The notes beneath the pieces are model-generated. The model made no database searches. It was not told the DNA's origin and was given only the letters and a program-made list of their open reading frames with translations. DNA of 64,000 bases from Salpingoeca rosetta (lineage: Eukaryota > Protista > Choanoflagellata): assembly GCA_033442325.1 (NCBI GenBank), contig JAWQFM010000024.1, forward strand, positions 951,180 to 1,015,179. The letters are read 5' to 3'. Each line of letters begins with the position of its first letter. The first letter of the stretch is position 1. This document shows positions 33,226 to 64,000 of this stretch, in pieces. The position numbers and the translations under genes are program-made.

Positions 33226-33744
33226 CCGGACACGAGCAAGCAAACGCAGCGAATAATTTTCACCGCACACCCCCACCGTTTCACCCTGGCTTAGGGTTCC
33301 GATCCAAGGATCCAAGGACAGGGAGAGGACATGCATGTTGGTGAAGGCGGAGGGATGCACCCTCTGGCTGGACGCCTGTTGGTGCACGCACTTCTGAATC
33401 GCTCCGGTCAGATGGCACATGGTGAAAACACCACACACACGCACACACCAACGTACACACTGTACACACATACATACGCACGCACACACACACATACATC
33501 CACATACATCCACACACATCCACACAGTGTACACGGCTAGTTAGCGAGTCGTCCGCCCTTCCCTCATTCTTGAGAGCTCGCATGAAGCCTTGAGACTCGC
33601 TTCAGTCACTAGAAGGCAGCACCACGTGCAACTGCACCAGTTGACCTGCACTCCACCAACTTGCACCAAGCACTGAGTCACAACATCGTCAGGAGAGCCA
33701 AACGCCGCCAGGACATCAGCTCTTGGCACAGGCTGAACTGGGAG

Positions 33745-42520
<8,776 letters not shown>

Positions 42521-42932
42521 GAGCTCGAACGTGTGACTGTGATATGCGGTTGTGAACGTGTCTGTGAACGGGCACAGGTCTATGCCTGCGGATGTTGTTG
42601 TTGTGTGTTGTTGTTGAGTGTGGCATGGTGACAACACTCAACATGCAAGGTTGTGGTGACTATCACGCTGGTGTGCTTTTGCGTGTGTCAGCCACTGAAA
42701 CGCCTTGTGGTTGTCGTGTGTGTATTGACATGGGCGTTTCAAAGAGGAAACAAGCAGTACAGCGTGACGGGGGCAAGCGGGGGTCATGAACCAGTGTGTG
42801 CGTGCTTTGATTACCAACCCCAGCGACAACCAAAGACGCACTCAGCCAGCACGCGCAAATACATATGAAAAAGCAAGGAAGTCAGCAAGTAAGCAAGCAG
42901 GGAAGCAAGCAAGCAGTCCCCCTCAAGTGCAC

Positions 42933-42988
<56 letters not shown>

Positions 42989-43001
42989 TAGACAGCTGTG
43001 G

Positions 43002-44540
43002 TCACTGTGGGGCGGAGGGCATGAAGAAGCCAAGCAGCCTGGCCCAGCGGGAGAGGGAGCGTTCAAACTCCTCAGCGCGCTGCAGTTGTCTGCTGAACCT
43101 TCGTTGCACCTCTTCCCGATCGAGTGATTGCACAACAACGGCCGGGCGTTGCCGGTTGCGCTGTGGAGCTGATCGAGGCATGACGCCACAGCCCGTGCCG
43201 CTGTTCTTGTCACGGCGGCTCGTGCTGGCGCCTTGGTTGTGCTGTTGTGCATCTCGCCGATCATCTCGTTGTGGGTGTGTGGCCTGTTGTTGCTTGCCGT
43301 CGTTCTTGTCCGCGCTCTGTGCGCTTTCGTTGGTGCTCATGTGCGGCTGTGCATGTGCCCGTGTTGCCGTTGCTGCTGTTGATGGCGACGACGATGACGA
43401 AGGATTTGCCCCTCTTCCCCGACCCGACGACGAGGATGAAGCCACCACTGTGGGCGTAGTTGATTTCATCGCGTCGGTTGAAGGGACCTTCCGGTAGGCC
43501 GAGGGGGAGCATGGGGTGTGTCGTGCAGCCATGGGCACGCACGACCCAAACGTCCGCCCCAGGGCCTCCATCCACGACGATGATGCCGAGGACAGCGGCA
43601 ATGATGGCGCGGACGAGGCCTCTGCTGCCGTTGGCCTGGCTGGGGGCGGTGTGCAATGCTCGAGGAAGGAGATGATGTCCATGGTGGTGCTGGCGGGAAA
43701 CCTGTTGTGTGTGGCGCCCTTGACAAGCTTCAGCTGCTTGTTGGCGACGGTGGTGGCTGCCTCAAACAGGGCTGTGCTGTGGCCTGGGCCAATCAGCGTG
43801 TCGTCCTCGCCATGCACGAGCAGCAGATTGGTGATGTGCAGCGAGTCAATCACCTCCTTGTTTGGAAAGCGGGTGGAGAGCACGGCGCCGAGGGAGGTGA
43901 GGTCGCGCGCCACGTCCCGCAGCGACGTGAACGCGCTCTGCAGGACGACGGCCAGCGGAGGGCCGTAATGGCGGGAAAGGTGGGCGCATGCCTGCAGTGC
44001 AACGCCAGAGCCAATGCTGCGCCCGACAAGGACAATTTGGTTGTGCTGGAACCCGAGGTTCTGCACGGCATAGTCGATGACTTGCTCAGCGATGCGCAGG
44101 CACCCGCCCTCGGACGCAGAGCCCAGCGCCAGCCCATAGCCCGGATATTCTGGAACAAGAAGTGTGGCACGCAAGCGGGTGCATACTGTCGGCATCTCCG
44201 TGTACGGCATGTCGCCCAGGTCCATGAAGTTGCCGTGAAAGTAAATGATGCACGGATGTTCCTGTGGTTGCTGTGGTTGCTGTTGTTGTTGTTGTTGCTG
44301 CTGCTGTTGACGATGGTGACGCTGGTGGGGGAACACGCGGCGGCTGGTGTAGGCGCGCTTCAGGCACGGGTCTCCCTTTGGTCCCAAGAAGACAATGTCA
44401 CGCAAGACAGGATCCATCGTTGCAGACGTTGATGCCGACAATGATGATGGCGGGGAGTGCTGGGGTTGCCCGCCATAACCTGGCGGTTTGCACGGGAAGA
44501 ACAGCCGATTCAACGGGCTCGCATCCTTGAAGAACTGCAT
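43002..44540 (-). CDS. Alpha/beta hydrolase, ABHD17/ABHD13-like (single coding exon)
   Basis: 512-aa ORF containing IIYFHGN, EYPGYG, nucleophile elbow GRSIGSG, LQSAFTS, LVHGEDDTLI and GATHN (Ser-Asp-His triad), with a disordered C-terminal tail. Confidence 0.88.
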   Translation of the reverse strand: MQFFKDASPLNRLFFPCKPPGYGGQPQHSPPSSLSASTSATMDPVLRDIVFLGPKGDPCLKRAYTSRRVFPHQRHHRQQQQQQQQQQQPQQPQEHPCIIYFHGNFMDLGDMPYTEMPTVCTRLRATLLVPEYPGYGLALGSASEGGCLRIAEQVIDYAVQNLGFQHNQIVLVGRSIGSGVALQACAHLSRHYGPPLAVVLQSAFTSLRDVARDLTSLGAVLSTRFPNKEVIDSLHITNLLLVHGEDDTLIGPGHSTALFEAATTVANKQLKLVKGATHNRFPASTTMDIISFLEHCTPPPARPTAAEASSAPSLPLSSASSSWMEALGRTFGSCVPMAARHTPCSPSAYRKVPSTDAMKSTTPTVVASSSSSGRGRGANPSSSSSPSTAATATRAHAQPHMSTNESAQSADKNDGKQQQATHPQRDDRRDAQQHNQGASTSRRDKNSGTGCGVMPRSAPQRNRQRPAVVVQSLDREEVQRRFSRQLQRAEEFERSLSRWARLLGFFMPSAPQ

Positions 44541-44780
44541 GTCGGTCTAATGTGCTACTGATGCGGCTGTGGGTGGGATGGTCTGGCGTGTGTTGATGTG
44601 TGCGTGGTGATGCGGTGTGTGTGTGTGTGAGATGCGGTTGTGTGTGTTGGTCTTGAGGTCTCGAGCGAGAGTGTTCGCGGTGTCAACGATGATGACAAGC
44701 AACGCAAGTCAGCAAGCAACGACCGCTGCTGCTGTGTGTGTGTGCCGTTTTTTGTTTTGGGACTTTGCCACCACTACAGT

Positions 44781-46206
44781 TTATGGTGCGGATAACAGCA
44801 ATGAAGCCAGCAGGAGGTTGGCGTGGTGGTGGTGTTGTGTTTGGTGGTGGTTGCGGTGTTGGTTGGTGTCGGTGTACGTCAGGGCTGCCAGGAGCGTCTC
44901 AATCCAGTTGCCAAGCCAGAGCGGACGCGTGGACGCAGGCAGCTTCAACACAGCCGCACACACCCGCTGTGCAGCCAAAAGCGAGGAGGAACCACGTGCG
45001 TCTGTGGGGTCCCTTGCCGTGGTGGTGGTGGTTGTCCTTGTGAGTTGCTTGAGGATGGACGCGGCATACTCGTGCAGCTCCGCTTGTAGTGGAAGCAGGT
45101 GCTGCAGGTTGCTTTGAGCACGCCGTACAATAGAGGCGTGCAGTGTGGCCAGTACATCGTCGTTGTTGTAGCGGTGCCCAAGCACCAGCGCAATGCAGGC
45201 AGCGGCGCCTCCCACTGCGTCCATTTCCGCGCTCTCCTCCGGAACGTGTGCGCGGCACCGCTCCCACAACGCTGCCAAGTGCTCATGATCTGTTGCAGCC
45301 TCGTCGCCGCCCGCATGGTCATCACCACCAATGGGGGTGTCCTCGCCACTTCTTGGCTGGACGTGGGTCCCGTCTCTTTGCTGCTGCTGCTGTTGTTCCT
45401 GTTCCTGCTGCTGGTGCTGGTGCTGGTGCTGGTGGTGCTGGTGCTGGTATTCTGCGAGATAGGCGGGTGCTGTGGCACGTGCAGATGCAACGAGGGGCTG
45501 GCATTCAACATGAACGGCCGCTATGGTGGAGATGAGGAGTGCGATGCGCTGAAGGAACGCCGCCTGTGCATGACGCGCCATGGCCGCTGGCATGCGAACA
45601 CTTGACAGCGCCGGTATCAGCGCCTGCAGCAGTGACATGGTTTCCGACGTTACCCCTTCCATTGCACCCGTCTGCTTCGTCTCTGTCCATACGTTCACAG
45701 ACAGTGATGGCGTCTCCTGCAGTGCGCGCACGTGTGTGCGTGTGTGAGTGGGCGTGTGTGTGTGTGTGTGTGTGCGTGTGTGTGCGTGCGTGTGTGTGTG
45801 TGTGTGTGCGTGTGTGTGTGTGTTTGTCAACGCTGCTGCTGCTGTTCACAATAGCTGCTGTCAGAGTTGCGTGTCTCACCGCCACGACGTAGTGCCACCA
45901 GAGCGGCGGCACGTAAAGGACATCGCCAGGCGCCAAGTGAGCGACAACGGGCCTGTTTCCAACATGCACGCCAGCCACGCAAACGATGAGAGCATGAGGC
46001 GTATGCGTGTGAAGGTTTAGAGTCGAAAAGGGGGTTGAATGGACTAGTCGTGACAAGAAGGGAAGGGGTAACATAACATCATCAAGCACAAGACACAAGA
46101 CACATGACACACACACACACACTCACAACCATACACAGACAGACAGACAGACACACACTCACTCACAGACACACACACTCACACCCATACACACTCACAA
46201 CCATAC

Positions 46207-46241
<35 letters not shown>

Positions 46242-47199
46242 CACACACACAACCATACACACACACACACAAGCACACACACACACATATATTTAGACCT
46301 GTGCTTGGCGGTAATGGACGCGAAGACGTCTGGATCAGTGAGGTTAGCACGTGCTTGTGCGTGTTGTGGGTGCAGGAATGGATACACACCAAGGTGGGCC
46401 ACGGCATCAGGGGGAAACATGTAGAATGTCTTGCGGCCCTCAATCTGTTGTGACGTGACGTGACGACACAAGGCAGACAGCAACGCAACAGCAGCACACC
46501 GTCAGTGCCCACAGAAGTTGCGGATGCAAGGGGGCTCTTTGCAAACTTGGGCACTCTCGGACACACACACACACACACACGCATAGAGAGAGAGACACAC
46601 ACACACACACAGACAGAGACACACAGACAGAGACACACACACACAGACAGACACATACACAGACACACACACACACACACACANNNNNNNNNNNNNNNNN
46701 NNNNNNNNNNNNNNNNNNNNNNNNNNNNNNNNNNNNNNNNNNNNNNNNNNNNNNNNNNNNNNNNNNNNNNNNNNNNNNNNNNNNNNNNNNNNNNNNNNNN
46801 NNNNNNNNNNNNNNNNNNNNNNNNNNNNNNNNNNNNNNNNNNNNNNNNNNNNNNNNNNNNNNNNNNNNNNNNNNNNNNNNNNNNNNNNNNNNNNNNNNNN
46901 NNNNNNNNNNNNNNNNNNNNNNNNNNNNNNNNNNNNNNNNNNNNNNNNNNNNNNNNNNNNNNNNNNNNNNNNNNNNNNNNNNNNNNNNNNNNNNNNNNNN
47001 NNNNNNNNNNNNNNNNNNNNNNNNNNNNNNNNNNNNNNNNNNNNNNNNNNNNNNNNNNNNNNNNNNNNNNNNNNNNNNNNNNNNNNNNNNNNNNNNNNNN
47101 NNNNNNNNNNNNNNNNNNNNNNNNNNNNNNNNNNNNNNNNNNNNNNNNNNNNNNNNNNNNNNNNNNNNNNNNNNNNNNNNNNACACACACACACGACAG

Positions 47200-47239
<40 letters not shown>

Positions 47240-48260
47240 ACACACACACACACACAGACACACACACACAGACACACACACACACAACCATACATACACA
47301 TGGAGTCCACCTGCAAGTAAAAGTTGTGGTAGCCGTCAAAGTGGCAGTGTGCACGCACGCCGGCCTGGCCAAGCCAGAGATTGATGGAGCTGCGCGATGG
47401 AAACAGCGATATCGCCTCCTGTAGCGGTTCTAGGTCGTCCTCCAATGCCGGGTCCAGCTTCACTGTCTCGATGCTGAGGTACTTGAAGCGGTCGCTTGCG
47501 TCCTGTTGGCCGCTGCCGCTCTGTCCGTGCGTGCCTGGTGCTGTGTCTGGTGGAGATGGCAGCACGCACCCAGGGCTGAATGTCCTGCCTGTGCTGTATG
47601 TGTTGCTCGGGCTGACCACGGCCGCCAACAGCCGCGTGCTGTCATAGTAGGGCCCAAACGTCGCATCCGTATGGCTATACGCCACCCACATGTGTGCGTG
47701 TATGTGTGTGTGCGTGTGTGTAGTTGTGTACAGTAGATCAGCAAACGAGCAACAGTGGACGCATGCACATACATACACAGAGACATAGAGACACAGAGAC
47801 ACAGAGACACAGAGACACACATACACACATACACAGACAGACACACTGACCTGTACCAGCCGCGGATGGAAGGGAAGTGGGCGTCAAGGGCCGCAATGGA
47901 CCAGTGCTTTGCGTGCCACTGGTCGATGTTGCTGCCACGCACGATGACGGGCTCCTGGTGCGACGCCACCTCATCTGCAAAGCGGTGTGGATGCGCCGAC
48001 ACATCAACAATCACCACACCAGAGGCAGCAGCAGCAGCAGCACTGCCGCGAACCACCGCTTGTGGGTGTTCCTGGCTGATGGGGCCACTGGACTGCTTCA
48101 CCACACTGCCTTCCTCATGCCACAAGACACCGAGCACAACAGCAACCACAACCACCGCAACGCCAGCGACAGCACCGACACCACGAACACGCTGCCGTGG
48201 TGTTGTGGCGGGTGTCTCTCTTTTGCTGTCCTTTCCCCTAGCTTTCTTTCTTCTCATCAT
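44781..48260 (-). CDS. JmjC/cupin-8 2-oxoglutarate/Fe(II) dioxygenase with N-terminal type II membrane anchor
   Basis: Exons give 'EPVIVRG..W.A.HWS', 'NLWLGQAGVRAHCHFDGYHNFYLQ|IEGRKTFYMFPP', 'LAPGDVLYVPPLWWHYVVA' and 'SLSVNVW', with the HxD...H triad intact. A hydrophobic segment 'GVGAVAGVAVVVVAVVLGVLW' follows a basic N-terminus. Confidence 0.88.
46684..47182. other. Assembly gap
   Basis: N run within a microsatellite-rich JmjC intron. Confidence 1.
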
Positions 48261-48552
48261 CGTTGTGTTTAAGCGTCATGTCGCAGAGAGTTTGGATGAA
48301 TGAACGTTTCGTCACGGTAGGACTTAGCACTTCCACAACACTGAACACTGCAACAACACTGAACACTGCAACAAACAACACACGGCGCGCCACCACTACA
48401 GCAGCAGACGACAATGCCAACACGGCTTTCTAAAGGAAGGGAACACTGCGCCACCACCACCACCACCACCACCTTCCCCGCGAGGTAAATGAAACAAACG
48501 CACACCACCTGCGCACACATCACAACACACAGCACCATCACGACAGCACGCC

Positions 48553-58624
<10,072 letters not shown>

Positions 58625-58667
58625 CGTCGTCTTATCGTGTGTATCTGTGTGTGTGTGTGTGTGTGTA

Positions 58668-58705
<38 letters not shown>

Positions 58706-58758
58706 TGTGTGTGTGTGTCTGTGTGTGTGTGTGTGTGTTCGTCAGCGATTGGGGAATT

Positions 58759-58796
58759 TTCAAATTTGCCGGCGCGAATTTCATGTCAAATTTGAC
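58759..58796 (-). promoter_or_regulatory. Putative CDE/CHR (E2F/DREAM-type) element plus GTCAAATTTGAC palindrome in the ASPM divergent promoter
   Basis: The minus strand reads TTCG-CGCCGG-CAAA-TTTGAA, ~135 bp upstream of the ASPM ATG. There is a 12-bp perfect palindrome at 58785-58796. Confidence 0.45.
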
Positions 58797-58992
58797 GTGA
58801 GCGAAATGAAGAGAAGAAGAAGAGGAAAAACCAAAACACTGAAACAGGCAACAAGGAAGACAAGGAACCGTTCCAGTCACAGTCACACACCACAACGCTC
58901 ACGACTTGCTCAGTGAAGAAGCAACGCGTGTCGTGGAGTGGATTGCTGTGGTGAAAGGCAAAAGCAAGTGAGGACAGGCCGGCAAGGGGACC

Positions 58993-59419
58993 ATGGATGT
59001 GGATCGACGGGTGGTGGTGCTGAGCAGCGCCGGCGCTTCGTCGCCCGTCTCCATCGTGCCTCTCTCTCAAATGTAAGTAAAGTAGACTTGTGTGTGCGTG
59101 TGTGTTGTGTTGTGGTGTGGTGTGGTGTGGTGTGGTGTGATGTGGTGTGGTGTGGTGTGGTGTGGTGTGGTGTGGTGATGCTGGTGAGCGTTGGAAAGGC
59201 CTCACATGACGTGACTGGATGCGTTCGTGGATTCCCTGCTGCAGTGCGGAGGTGGACTTGGCCGTGTCGTGTTTGATGGAGCACCAGATCCTCGGAATCG
59301 CTGTGTTTTGGACCCCTCGGCTTCGGGTGGGCACACGCGTGCGCCCTTGCACGGACATACATTGCGTGTTCACGGCGACCTAATCTCGTCATCTGGCCGT
59401 GTGTGTGTGTGTGTGTGTT

Positions 59420-59488
<69 letters not shown>

Positions 59489-60210
59489 ACGCCAGTCTCA
59501 GTCTCAATCAAATGTACACTCTCACCCACGCACGTACTCACTCGCTTATGTAGACGAGCGAGTACTCGCCAATTGCCTCGCTGTGCCTGAGTTCTGGCAG
59601 CAACACATTCATCTTCACCTGCGTCGGTGCGTGACTGCTGCCCGCGTGTGAGCCTGTTGCCATTGCTGCTGCGATTGATGCTGCGATTGATGCTGCAGGC
59701 TACGAGCTGCCAGCTTGGCACTGACCACGCTCACTTCATGCCACCACACACGTGTCCTTGTGATTGCTGCGCCTGTGCGTTGCCCCTACAGAGAGCGGCA
59801 AAATGCCTGCATCACTGCAGCTTCTACTCACGCATCAGGACTACACCAAAGCAAGTGTGCCTGTCGTGCCTGCCAGAGCCACGTTGAATGTATCATGTGT
59901 TTGCCACGTCGAATGTATCATGTGTTTTGCTGGTGCTGTGTGCCCACCAACCAGCCAAACGATGCTTCGCGGTATGTTCGCTCCGTGTTGTAGGTCGGCT
60001 ACAACGTCCGGGAAGATCTGATTGTGAAGATGTACGTCGATTTTGGCATCGAGCTTGGTCCTGTGCATGACCTGCACGACATTTTGGAGCAGGAGACCGG
60101 CTGCAAAAACCTGTTTGCCGCGTTTCGACGGGAGTTTCCTGGCTCCTCCTACTACTATGAGCCATCCCTGAGGTTCTCAGACTGGTGGCAGGAGCAACTC
60201 ACAGAAGACC

Positions 60211-60275
<65 letters not shown>

Positions 60276-61231
60276 TGAACAAGTGTGTGTGTGTGTGTGC
60301 GTGAAAAAATGTGCGTGAACAAGTGTGTGTGTGTGCACGTGAATGCACGAGAAAGACAAGGCCCACGCGTTGAGAGAGCAACTGCTGTTGCTGTCTTAAG
60401 AATGACAGCTGACTCAATGCCATTACACTTTGCTTTCTGTTGAGTTAGGTTGCCATGTGCATGTTCGAGGCATGGACCACGCGTCACCTGTGGCTCGTTG
60501 TTGCGGAACCGCACGGCTACCCGCCCCGCGCAAAGACAACGGTGAGCGCGCAGTTGTGGGCTGGCACGTTGTGTGCGCTTGTGTGGCTCGTTCTGAAGCA
60601 CTCACTGCCTTCAGGTTTACGCACGCACACGCACACATCCACATGTACGCATGCACGCACGCTCGCGCAGAAGCTTAACCCTCACACACCCATTGTACCA
60701 TGTGACGCATGGCAAACAGGTGGTGGCAACGGAGGAGATTTGTGCACATGTGGAGCGCGAGACAGGCGACGGTGCTGGCATGCATGCAGGCAACGGAAGC
60801 ACGCTCTTTCCTCAGCAACAGCAGCAGCAGCAGCAGCCATCACAACATCAGTACGTGAAAGATAATAGAGGGATAAGTTGTGCAGTGGTATCGTGGGCGA
60901 TGACGTCCTTGCACCCGAACACACAACTGCAGCCTCACTGCCATCGACACACACACACACACGCACACACACACACACACACACACACTGGTTCAGTTCG
61001 TTTGCGTCGAATATGGGCGGCCCGTCTGTCCGGTATGTGATGGTGGACTCCTCCCACAGGCGCGGGCAGTCCTCCATGCATCACCAACAGTCACAGCAGC
61101 AGCCGCGCGTGACGGCAGGACCAGCAGTCCAGGCCGGGCCGTTTGTCCATCCACATGCACGCGACATGCCATCCGCCATTTTCCCACCGGTGGGTCCTGC
61201 TGTGATGCATAACGTGTCTTTGTGTGCGCGT

Positions 61232-61294
<63 letters not shown>

Positions 61295-61413
61295 TCAATT
61301 GTGCTGGGGTTACGGGGGCAGCGGTCTGATGCACAGTTCCACCAATCATCTACGATTGCGTTGGACATGGAGTGCAGCAATTGTGCATCTTGGGAGTGAG
61401 GTCATAGGCACAT

Positions 61414-61478
<65 letters not shown>

Positions 61479-61933
61479 GAACACTCACTCACGCACCTGA
61501 CTTGCTCACGCGCCCATCTGCTCATTCGCTCACGTGTGTAGGAGGAAGCAGAGGCCGGCGTTGGTCAGGGAGGGTTGCCGCATTCCCACCACCATCACCA
61601 CCACCATCACCAACACCGTCGTGTTGGTGATGACGAGGGAGGAAGAGCAGACGCTGATGAAGAAGAAGAAGAAGAAGAAGAAGAAGAAGAAGAGGGCGCG
61701 ATTGTGTTTGTGGATCGATCTGAGAACGATCATCACGAGTGCCCGTTCTGCCAGCGCCGATTCGCGTCGTACTCTGATCTGCAGCAGCACATATATGCGC
61801 GCGTCAACGGCCTCTGCTATCCCGATGGGCCCCTGGACAAGACCGAGGTGTGCACGCGGGGTGCTGTGGCGGGACGGGGGCAGTGACTGTAGTGGTGGTG
61901 GTTGTGGTGGTGCTGGAAGGGATTCATGATGAT

Positions 61934-61993
<60 letters not shown>

Positions 61994-62840
61994 ACACACA
62001 CATACACACATCCTCGGTTGGTCGCCCAATCCCTCACTTTTACTCACACACAAGCTCGCACACGCACCAACTCACACGTGATGCAGGTGACGACGACGGT
62101 GCTTGCTGCCAACATGAGTGTGCGAGATGTCGACGATTCGCTCCCGCGCGCCCGCTCTCCCCGGCAGTCGCAAGGGCACATGCGCAAGCCCCAATACCAT
62201 CATGGCGATGGTGGCAGTGATGAGGAAGAGAGAGTTGTGCGCGAGTTTGGTGGTGAGTTGCGTGGACGCCACAACGACAGTGAGGACGAATATGAGGATG
62301 ACGAAGATGGGCACGAGGAGGAGGAGGAGGAGGAGGAAAATGATGATGATGATGAGGATGATGATGATGACGACGGGTTCACATCAAGGAGGGGAAGGCG
62401 CGGTGGTCGCGAGCGCGCATTCGGTGAGAAGGTGCAAGCACCAGCAGCGTCTGCACCGCACCCGCATTCCCGCATCCCAGCGCGTGGAAACCGCTCACTG
62501 CGCAGCGAGTACACGCCAGGCAGTCGGAGCCAATGGCAGCATCGTGGAGACAGCACACCACGCCGCGCCAACGCATCCGCGGGTCCAACGACAGCATCAA
62601 CGGCTGCACGTGTGCTGCACCGGACACATGCGCCGGCAACCATGTCATCGTCAATGCCATCGTCGCCACGCTGGCGCCACTCTGGTCACATCTCCAACGC
62701 ATCCGTGACACGCGTTGGCGGTGGCGGTGGTGGTGGTGCGAGTCATCTGTCGTTGTCGCTTCCGCACAACACATCCGTCTCTCCGCTGGAAAAATCAGCA
62801 GATCACCACGGTATCGTGTGACATCCCATGACACGTGATG

Positions 62841-62922
<82 letters not shown>

Positions 62923-63375
62923 AAGTATGAAGGGATGTGTTCGTGTAGCTGTGTGTGTGTGTGTGCCGTGGGCGCATGTGAGCATGCAGTGTGTACATGC
63001 GTGTGTGTTTCTCCAATGTGATTCCTTGTTCTGCACAGTGAGCTTGGTTGTGTAAGAGGCTATGCTCTTGTTGTTGTACCCCTCCCCCTCTCCCTCGCTC
63101 CCTACCTTTTGTGCTTCCATTCATATGTCTCACGACAAACGCGCACCCAACCAACTTGCAGTCGATGGGCGGTTCCTATCGCGCCACCGCGTCGCGATCA
63201 CATTATCAGCAGCAGAACGAAATGCAGGATCCTCGCTACGGCCCCATGCACACCCAACCACATCACACGCCGCCCCCACACCGCCGCCGGCCTGTCGTCA
63301 TGTCCACGCCAAAGCGGAGCGCTCCTCCGGCTGCACGCGGCAGACGCAACGTTTCATTGTACGCTATGTGCGTGC

Positions 63376-63419
<44 letters not shown>

Positions 63420-63517
63420 ATATGTTGCATGTGTTGCGCATGTGTGTGCATATGTTGTGTGTGCTTGAGGCGTCGTCTGTATGGAAGCGTGGCATCCTTC
63501 GTCTCACCCCTCGTATG

Positions 63518-63556
<39 letters not shown>

Positions 63557-63650
63557 AATGGACAGCGCTGCTTCGCCAGACCGCCACCGATCGTCAGATA
63601 CACGCGCGCAGGTGAGCACCTCAATATAGCTGCCATTGCATGCGTTTGTT

Positions 63651-63685
<35 letters not shown>

Positions 63686-64000
63686 CTCTGTGTGTGTGTG
63701 TGTTTGTTACAAGTGCATGTTTGTATGCATCTGCATCTGGTTGCGTTGTGGCTGGACCGAAGACACTCACATGTGCCTGTATTCTGATTCTGCAACTGCT
63801 CGCACGTGCACACGACAATTCGTCGCACGCTCATCTTCAGCTGTCTCGGTAAGGAGGAGTTAAGTGCTGCTCTCTGTTTGGTTTGCTTTTGCTGGCGTTT
63901 TGCTCGTGCCATCCCTGAACCTGCTTTGTTGCTATTGGCTCACGCATTGGTTTGGTGTGCGTGTCTCATCGTCGCGTCTGCTTGCTTGTTGCATGCGGTA
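58993..64000 (+). CDS. WRN/EXD-like 3'-5' exonuclease-domain protein (catalytically degenerate) with C2HC-type zinc finger and long low-complexity region; 3'-partial
   Basis: Exons 58993-59072, 59245-59326, 59554-59626, 59792-59850, 59994-60212 and 60449-60541 give ILGIAVFW..IASLCLS..MPASLQLLLTHQDYTK|VGYNVREDL..DFGIE..VHDL..RFSDWWQEQLTEDQ|VAMCMFEAW, matching the WRN_exo pattern. A later exon has 'CPFCQRRFASYSDLQQHIYARVNGLC'. Confidence 0.75.

Noticed and set aside
48336-48372. 18-bp direct repeat (acaacactgaacactgca x2) upstream of the JmjC gene
   Set aside because: Two copies of low-complexity sequence with no independent evidence of regulatory function.

Overview
This is intron-rich eukaryotic genomic DNA, GC-rich in exons, with (GT)n/(CA)n microsatellites in most introns and three assembly gaps. 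The gene content and intron style suggest a choanoflagellate such as Salpingoeca rosetta (inference). By hand-splicing GT-AG introns I reconstruct 12 protein-coding genes. In order: a bacterial-type beta-lactamase-family serine hydrolase (-, 3' end outside the window), a CRAL-TRIO/Sec14 protein (-), a long-chain acyl-CoA synthetase (+), a multi-lectin mucin-stalked receptor (-), an annexin A7/A11-like gene (-), a Cys-rich TNFR-like repeat receptor (-), DTD2/ATD (+), a large receptor with a tyrosine-rich tail (+), an ABHD17-like hydrolase (-), a membrane-anchored JmjC protein (-), ASPM (-), and a WRN/EXD-like pseudo-exonuclease with a zinc finger (+, runs off the window). Four observations stand out: a C-type lectin domain apparently split by an inserted SUEL-like lectin domain; a strand-polarised arrangement of (GU)n after donors and (CA)n before acceptors; a canonically spaced CDE/CHR-like element upstream of ASPM; and a catalytically degenerate DEDDy exonuclease. 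Most ORFs in the supplied track are microsatellite or antisense artefacts. Exon boundaries are read by eye and could be off by a few bases.
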